Assembly: GCF_046119375.1 (NCBI RefSeq) | Contig: NW_027362767.1 | Location: 9,300,001 to 9,364,000 of the forward strand | Source: Phyllobates terribilis | Lineage: Eukaryota | DNA: 64,000 bases | Reading direction: 5' to 3' | Shown: in pieces, positions 50,440 through 64,000 of the stretch | Position numbering within the stretch: position 1 is the stretch's first letter | Layout: every line of letters begins with the position of its first letter | Translations under genes and position numbers: made by a program | The notes under the pieces: generated by a model | What the model saw: the letters and a program-made list of their open reading frames with translations, nothing else | The model's database searches: none | Told to the model about the DNA's origin: nothing

Positions 50440-52698
50440 AGCAGCAACTCAGGGCAGTATCTGAGAGCGCGTGCTGTGCCTCACATCCTGCCAGGAGCTG
50501 CTGAAAACAGGACTGACAGCAGCAACTCAGGGCAGTATCTGAGAGCGCGTGCTGTGCCTCACATCCTGCCAGGAGCTGCTGAAAACAGGACTGACAGCAG
50601 CAACTCAGGGCAGTATCTGAGAGCGTGTGCTGTGCCTCACATCCTGCCAGGAGCTGCTGAAAACAGGACTGACAGCAGCAACTCAGGGCAGTATCTGAGA
50701 GCGCGTGCTGTGCCTCACATCCTGCCAGGAGCTGCTGAAAACAGGACTGACGGCAGAAACTCAGGGCAGTATCTGAGAGCGTGTGCTGTGCCTCACATCC
50801 TGCCAGGAGCTGCTGAAAACAGGACAGACAGCAGCAACTCAGGGCAGTATCTGAGAGCTCGTGCTGTGCCTCACATCCTGCCAGGAGCTGCTGAAAACAG
50901 GACTGACAGCAGCAACTCAGGGCAGTATCTGAGAGCGCGTGCTGTGCCTCACATCCTGCCAGGAGCTGCTGAAAACAGGACTGACAGCAGCAACTCAGGG
51001 CAGTATCTGAGAGCGTGTGCTGTGCCTCACATCCTGCCAGGAGCTGCTGAAAACAGGACAGACAGCAGCAACTCAGGGCAGTATCTGAGAGCGCGTGCTG
51101 TGCCTCACATCCTGCCAGGAGCTGCTGAAAACAGGACAGACAGCAGCAACTCAGGGCAGTATCTGAGAGCGTGTGCTGTGCCTCACATCCTGCGAGGAGC
51201 TGCTGAAAACAGGACAGACAGCAGCAACTCAGGGCAGTATCTGAGAGCGCGTGCTGTGCCTCACATCCTGCCAGGAGCTGCTGAAAACAAGACTGACAGC
51301 AGCAACTCAGGGCAGTATCTGAGAGCGTGTGCTGTGCCTCCGATCCTGCCAGGAGCTGCTGAAAACAGAACAGACAGCAGCAACTCAGGGCAGTATCTGA
51401 GAGCGCGTGCTGTGCCTCACATCCTGCGAGGAGCTGCTGAAAACAGAACAGCAGCAACTCAGGGCAGTATCTGAGAGCGCGTGCTGTGCCTCCGATCCTG
51501 CCAGGAGCTGCTGAAAACAGAACAGGCAGCAGCAACTCAGGGCAGTATCTGAGAGCGTGTGCTGTGCCTCACATCCTGCGAGGAGCTGCTGAAAACAGAA
51601 CAGACAGCAGCAACTCAGGGCAGTATCTGAGAGCGCGTGCTGTGCCTCACATCCTGCGAGGAGCTGCTGAAAACAGGACTGACAGCAGCAACTCAGGGCA
51701 GTATCTGAGAGCGCGTGCTGTGCCTCACATCCTGCCAGGAGCTGCTGAAAACAGGACTGACAGCAGCAACTCAGGGCAGTATCTGAGAGCGCGTGCTGTG
51801 CCTCACATCCTGCGAGGAGCTGCTGAAAACAGGACTGACAGCAGCAACTCAGGGCAGTATCTGAGAGCGCGTGCTGTGCCTCACATCCTGCCAGGAGCTG
51901 GTGAAAACAGGACTGACAGCAGCAACTCAGGGCAGTATCTGAGAGCGCGTGCTGTGCCTCACATCCTGCCAGGAGGTGCTGAAAACAGGACTGACAGCAG
52001 CAACTCAGGGCAGTATCTGAGAGCGCGTGCTGTGCCTCACATCCTGCCAGGAGCTGCTGAAAACAGGACTGACAGCAGCAACTCAGGGCAGTATCTGAGA
52101 GCGTGTGCTGTGCCTCACATCCTGCCAGGAGCTGCTGAAAACAGGACAGACAGCAGCAACTCAGGGCAGTATCTGAGAGCGTGTGCTGTGCCTCACATCC
52201 TGCGAGGAGCTGCTGAAAACAGGACAGACAGCAGCAACTCAGGGCAGTATCTGAGAGCGCGTGCTGTGCCTCACATCCTGCCAGGAGCTGCTGAAAACAG
52301 GACTGACAGCAGCAACTCAGGGCAGTATCTGAGAGCGTGTGCTGTGCCTCCGATCCTGCCAGGAGCTGCTGAAAACAGAACAGACAGCAGCAACTCAGGG
52401 CAGTATCTGAGAGCGCGTTCTGTGCCTCACATCCTGCCAGGAGCTGCTGAAAACAGGACTGACAGCAGCAACTCAGGGCAGTATCTGAGAGCGCGTGCTG
52501 TGCCTCACATCCTGCGAGGAGCTGCTGAAAACAGGACTGACAGCAGCAACTCAGGGCAGTATCTGAGAGCGCGTGCTGTGCTTCACATCCTGCCAGGAGC
52601 TGGTGAAAACAGGACTGACAGCAGCAACTCAGGGCAGTATCTGAGAGCGCGTGCTGTGCCTCACATCCTGCCAGGAGGTGCTGAAAACAGGACAGACA
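50440..52698. repeat. 78-bp minisatellite, about 29 copies, inside the Helitron
   Basis: Unit agcagcaactcagggcagtatctgagagcgcgtgctgtgcctcacatcctgccaggagctgctgaaaacaggactgac. Confidence 0.97.
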
Positions 52699-53032
52699 GA
52701 GAAAAGGAAACAAGGTGAGTATTAGGGTTTAGTTTTTTAACTGTGCTGTGGCGATGGGGAATGAGTAGGTCATACAAAACCAGGATAAGGGGGCCCTACA
52801 AGCTAGGATGAGGAAGCCGTCCAATCCAAGATAAGGGAGCCATACAAACCAGGATTAGGGGAATGACGGAGCCATACAAACCACAATTAGGGGATGAGGG
52901 AGCCATACATACCAGGATATGGAAACTTAACAGTAGGTGCTGCATTTCCCACCCTAGGCTTATACTCAAGTCAATAAATTGTCCCTTTTTTTTTTTTTAT
53001 GAAAAATTAGGGGTCTCGGCTTATACTCAGGT

Positions 53033-53352
53033 AGCACGTGACCCCCGGCTGCAACCGGCTCTTGCTTGCGCTTACATCACGACTATTTGCAGCTGCAGCC
53101 AAGGGGTCTCCTGTTTCGCGTTCACGGTGAGTGATGGGCTGTCGGCGGGGTTATCCCCCATCCCGTCACACCCGGCATTCACCGCACGAGCATTCATTGA
53201 CATAGCGCGCGGTGGATGGTGGGTGTGACACGATGGGGGATAACCCCGCCCATAGCCCGTCATTCACCGTGGTACGCGGAACAGCAGACTCCTGGCTGCA
53301 GCCGCAAATAGTCGTGATGTAAGCGAAGCAAAAGCCGGGGGAATTACGTGCT
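53033..53352. repeat. About 320-bp imperfect palindrome (MITE-like) near the Helitron 3' end
   Basis: agcacgt..gcttacatcacgactatttgc..ggcggggttatccccatc is mirrored by gatgggggataaccccgcc..gcaaatagtcgtgatgtaagc..acgtgct. Confidence 0.8.
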
Positions 53353-54033
53353 GGCTGTGCGTGGTCAGCGATGTTGTCACAAGCAGTATTGACAACATGA
53401 CGTAATTACAAAATTCATTAGGGGATACATTGGGGGGTTAATTTAAAGTAGTGCACAACCCATTTAAACACTGCTTCGCTGCTTAGTCGCGCCCCGTCGG
53501 CCGCATACATATTCTAGAATACCCGATGCGTTAGAATCAGGCCACCATATAGTGTTATATATATATATATAAAACTTAAAATTCCCCTTTTCTCAACATC
53601 CCCTTTTATTGACCGCCCTGGGTCACGGACCGGGTCACCGCCACTGTGACACCCCCAGCACCGACCGGCCCGGCTACCGAGTACCCCATGGCCCAGGGGG
53701 TGCGTCATATACTTAGTGTTATAACCTCCCGTGCCCACCAGGAGGCTCCAGAATACATCTGTAAGACTACTCCTAGCCAGACATGTGACTAATCGCAACC
53801 ACAGGGAACAGTAGGAGGACGCCGCTGTCTGCGCCACTTCCAGCTCGTACACAAGGAATATTTCTTTCCTCCTTTTGGTCACTTTATATAAGATGCTGTT
53901 GAAAAATACATGAAGCCGCTACCGTATAGGGAGGGAACTCTGTGAGTCGGGTCCATTATCCCATTATGATTACTCTCGGTCAATATGTTACAACTCTTTG
54001 GTATAGATCTGGCGTCTCAGTCCATGGCCGGCC

Positions 54034-60054
<6,021 letters not shown>

Positions 60055-60129
60055 GGTCCGGTCACTGGCGCCTCACGTGCTCCGCGCGCGGACCCGGAGC
60101 CCCATCTCCGCCGTTCTCCGGTCTCCTCC

Positions 60130-60245
60130 GATGCTGGGGGCGTGGTTATGACGTCACAGATTATATACAGGGCGGGGCCAAGTGGTAAATATGAATGCGG
60201 AGCCGGGCAGGGGGCGGAGCCGGCGGAACGTCAGGTATATAAGGA
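60130..60245 (-). promoter_or_regulatory. Putative ISM2 core promoter
   Basis: TATATAA on minus at about 60161-60167, palindromic TGACGTCA (CRE) at 60149-60156, GC box at 60171-60177. Confidence 0.5.
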
Positions 60246-60304
60246 GGAACCTGAGGGGGGAATGGACACCAGAACATGTATAACACCGGGGAGGGAAAGG
60301 GGAA

Positions 60305-61060
60305 AACACCGGGGAGGGAGACGGGACGGACGGTGCGCGGAAGACACCGGGGAGGGAGACGGGACGGACGGTGCGCGGAAGACACCGGGGAGGAAGAGGG
60401 GACGGACGGACGGTGCGCGGGCGACCCCGGGGAGGGAGATGGGACGGACGGTGCGCGGAAGACACCGGGGAGGGAGACTGGACGGACGGTGCGCGGAAGA
60501 CACCGGGGAGGAAGAGGGGACGGACGGTGCGCGGAAGACTCCGGGGAGGGAGACGGGACGGACGGTGCGCGGGCGACCCCGGGGAGGGAGACGGGACGGA
60601 CGGTGCGCGGAAGACACCGGGGAGGGAGACGGGACGGACGGTGCGCGGAAGACTCCGGGGAGGGAGACGGGACGGACGGTGCGCGGGCGACCCCGGGGAG
60701 GGAGACGGGACGGACGGTGCGCGGAAGACTCCGGGGAGGGAGACGGGACGGACGGTGCGCGGGCGACCCCGGGGAGGGAGACGGGACGGACGGTGCGCGG
60801 AAGACACCGGGGAGGGAGACGGGACGGACGGTGCGCGGAAGACACCGGGGAGGAAGAGGGGACGGACGGTGTGCGGACGACCCCGGGGAGGGAGACGGGA
60901 CGCACGGTGCGCGGCCGACACCGGGGAGGGAGACGGGACGGACGGTGCGCGGCCGACACCGGGGAGGGAGACGGGACGGACGGTGCGCGGCCGACACCGG
61001 GGAGGGAGACGGGACGGACGGTGCGCGGCCGACACCGGGGAGGAAGAGGGGACGGACGGT
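60305..61060. repeat. 38-bp CpG-rich minisatellite, about 20 copies
   Basis: Unit ggggagggagacgggacggacggtgcgcggaagacacc. Confidence 0.96.
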
Positions 61061-61210
61061 CCATCCTCCGACAGAGGATGGACAGTACGCAGACGACAAC
61101 TGGAAGGGAAAGGGGTCAGATGGTTTGCAGACAACACCAGGGAAGGAGAGGGGCCGGACGGTATGCAGCTCACATCAGGGAGGGGCCGGGGGCAAGGACG
61201 ACATTGAGGA

Positions 61211-61641
61211 AGCCAGAATGGTGACTGGTCTGCAAACCATGTCCTATGAGGAACGGTTGCAGGATTTGGGAATGTTTAGCTTGCAAAAAAGAAGACTGAG
61301 AGGAGACTTAATAGCTGTCTACAAATATGTCAAGGGCTGTCACATTGTAGAAGGATCATCTTTATTCTCATTTGCACAAGGAAAGACTAGAAGCAATGGG
61401 ATGAAACTAAATGGGAGGAGACACAGATTAGATATTAGAAAAAACTTTTTGACAGTTAGGGTGATTAATGAGTGGAACAGGCGGCCACGAGAGGTGGTGA
61501 GTTCCCCTTCAATGGACGTCTTCAAACAGAGGCTGGACAGACATCTGTCTGAGATGATCTAGTGAATCCTGCTTTGAGCAGGGGGTTGGACCAGATGACC
61601 CAGGAGGTCCCTTCCAACTCTACCATTCTATGATTCTATGA
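61211..61641 (+). mobile_element. 5'-truncated CR1 LINE (ORF2 C-terminus and 3' tail)
   Basis: SYEERLQDLGMFSLQKRRLRGDLIAVYKY...RVINEWN..PREVV..FKQRLD and an (ATTCTATG)2 tail. Confidence 0.93.
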
Positions 61642-61944
61642 AGGCCGACGGTCCACAGACATCACTGGGGGGAAACGGTTGTGGATGATTCTGGAGAGGG
61701 GAGATATAGCAGACTTCTAAATGACATCACGGATATGATAGATTATCCGACATGAGTTGTGCGCCCCTTTGGTTTTCTTCCAGTGTTCTGCCCCTTGTAG
61801 TGATCGGGTGGGTACTGATGTCACTCACAGGCTCGAGCTCTGCACAGCGGCTCTCTTGCGGCACACCGCGATCAGGTGATGGACATTTGACGGCAGCGTA
61901 CAGACAATAAGACAACGAGGAGACAACCTGAAAATAAATGAACT

Positions 61945-61950
61945 TTTATT
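61945..61950 (-). terminator. Candidate SPTLC2 polyadenylation signal
   Basis: tttatt on plus = AATAAA on minus, about 820 nt past the stop. Confidence 0.5.
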
Positions 61951-62770
61951 GATTAGCAGCGGAGTCTCTGCAGAGTCCGGAGCGGCCCGTGCAGTGTGAA
62001 TTCTTTCGGCTCAGTACATCCAAACGTCATGCCACAAAGAAAACAACTGAAGGCCATTCACTGATCGTTCCCCGGCCCGACTGCAGGGGTCCAACCCACA
62101 ACAAGGATTTAGTCAAAGGAGGAATGTGCATTTTCCAAAGCAGCAAGAAGAGCGTAAAAACAGCGGGAATGAGACGCAGAGCACCTCGAACTGGTCCCTT
62201 ATACCGGTCCCACGACCACTGGTCTCATCAGTCACCGCGATGATGGGACATCTTAGGGGGAAGAGCAGCGGCCAGCGAGTTCCGACTCCCAGTAAGCGCT
62301 GCTGCTGGACTGGAAAGGGTTTAAGTTTCTTGGTCAGGGAACGTTTAACACTAGTCATGTCGAAGACACCGGAGAGAGGACATCGGACCGCCTGTGACCC
62401 CACGACACCCACCACCAGTGACCATCACACCCCAGGGTCAAGTACAATCAGATGGCAGAGTAACGCCCTCCCGGCCTCACTATGGTGGGTCATGATCAGG
62501 GGTCCGACCGCAGCTCCTCAGGTCAGCACCATAAGTAGCACCTGTGCTGTTCCTCCACCGCAGAGCGACAGACAGAGAAATAGAGAAATTCGCCCCCACA
62601 GGGACTAAACATGGAGTAAAGGCCTCAGACGGAGGAAAGTCGTCACCGGTCCCATCCAGAATAAATAGGATGTAAAATGGAAAAGAAAATATACAAATAT
62701 AAAACGAGTGCGGAGGCTGACGGCCGGCACAGAGGACCCGGCCAGCCGATGTGGAGCCAGCCCCGCGTGG

Positions 62771-63563
62771 TCAGTCCTCAGTCTCCTCGTATGTGGTCTC
62801 ATCAAACGGCCGATCCAGCAGCGGCACAAAGTGGTGGCGGGAATATTTCAGCTGCAGAAGGTCCCCGACCTCGCTGATCTTATTCAGCGCCTGCAAGAGA
62901 ATTAGGAGTCAGTGCAGAAAAGAGTCCTGAGCTGATGCCGGCCGCGCTGACGTCGGAGGACCCCACCGGCCGCGCTCAGTCTACACACTGCCATGACCAG
63001 GTCTCTTACCTCATCCAGCATCTCCCTGCTATGAGCGGCTGAAACGCAGAACCGCGCTCTGGACTCGATGATTGGGGTGGCAGGAAACCCCACAACTACT
63101 ACTCCAATGTTCCTCTTTAGCATCTCTCGTCCAAACGCCCTGCGGAGAGGAAGATGAGAGTCACTGCGTATGATGTGCAGCGCCGGGAGATATCATCAGG
63201 GGGCAGCACACTCAGGACAACACCTGGAGATGACCCCTCCACCACCTGTAATTACAGGGGCCGCGCAGACACCCCCAGGCATTATTATAGGGAGAGCCCT
63301 GGATTTTGGAGGTGCGCAGGTGACGGCCCCTGTGCTGGACACCATATTAGTTGTCACCCAGCTCCCTGGGACCTTATAGTCACATGGGACCAATCGCTGG
63401 TTAACCCTCCCCGCAGCAGCTCCTCACCCGATCTTTGCCGGCATGTACAGCATCAGTGGCACCACAGGGGAGTCGCTGTTCCCGTAGATGATGAACCCCA
63501 TCTCTGTGAGGCGACGTCTGAAGTAGCGGGTGTTGTCCGCCAGCTGCTCCACGCGTTCCCGTC
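62771..63563 (-). CDS. SPTLC2: SPTLC2, serine palmitoyltransferase long-chain subunit 2, last three coding exons (63428-63563, 63010-63139, 62771-62890)
   Basis: [46 protein letters not shown]|[43 protein letters not shown]|[39 protein letters not shown]; GT-AG, phases 1/2/0. Confidence 0.95.
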
Positions 63564-64000
63564 CTGTGGAGAGAAGACCTGGGTTACGTGGAGACACAGG
63601 CGGCTCCGAGGATGAATGAAACTAATGAACCGGACACGACGGAAGGACAAAGGAGCACTACTCCCCCCATCAGACGCTGCGCAGGCCAATCAGTCCAATT
63701 ACAGGGATCACAGGTCACTGGTATCTGCGTCATCCACACCCTGCAGCGAGGGCAGAGCCACGAACAACGGCGCCACCACCCAGCAGGCGCGCGGACATGT
63801 ACAGTCTGCACACAGCCAGTAGGGTCACTGAGGGGCTTATGTCAGTCACCGACAGCCCCCAAAGATGGTCAGAATGTCACTAGTAATCTGTGGGACATCT
63901 CTAAACCCCCCAGGGAGCCTTACCCTCTACAGAAGCAGTGCCCCCTCCGATGCATGGTGGTGCCTGGTACTGCAGTATTTTCCCATATAAATACCAGGCA

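Larger units (their letters stand above)
44100..53552 (+). mobile_element. Helitron, full-length boundaries, 9453 bp
   Basis: A|TC 5' end; 3' hairpin CCCGAT-gcgttaga-ATCAGG followed by ATAG|T (CTRR-like); no TSD; encodes Rep-helicase. Confidence 0.85.
43243..53707 (+). mobile_element. Solo LTR (about 1012 bp: 43243-44099 and 53553-53707) split by a Helitron
   Basis: TGTGGCACCCC ... GGCCCAGGGGGTGCGTCA termini, nearly the same as the LTR at 20354-21638; 4-bp TSD TATA (43239-43242 and 53708-53711). Confidence 0.85.

Noticed and set aside
50440-52698. CRISPR-like array or 26-aa repeat protein
   Set aside because: Head-to-tail units with no unique spacers, no cas genes, eukaryotic context
60276-61562. 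428-aa ORF as a novel gene
   Set aside because: Chance in-frame join of the 38-bp VNTR and a truncated CR1 ORF2 tail

Overview
Vertebrate nuclear DNA, most likely from a frog (inferred from the Xenopus/hyloid-type transposon families). The window holds the syntenic block known from human 14q24.3: VIPAS39 (minus strand, 17 coding exons, 3' end off-window), AHSA1 (plus, complete, 9 exons, 336 aa), ISM2 (minus, complete, 6 exons, 412 aa) and the last three exons of SPTLC2 (minus). All exons were rebuilt by hand with GT-AG junctions and consistent phases. The native architecture is compact and GC-rich, inflated by three nested transposon stacks and 13 unrelated minisatellite arrays. The stacks are: a DIRS element containing a Tc1, a Penelope-like insert and a TTAA element that itself holds a second Tc1; a Tc1 containing a piggyBac that contains a solo LTR; and a solo LTR split by a 9.45-kb Helitron. 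All very long ORFs in the track (up to 2846 aa) are tandem-repeat artefacts. I found no new protein-coding system. The best second-look items are a DIRS terminus that appears to supply the branch point of a VIPAS39 intron, a U3:A8 minimal hammerhead candidate, a precisely bounded hairpin-rich Helitron, and a piggyBac transposase whose C-terminal reading frame is set by a 34-bp VNTR.
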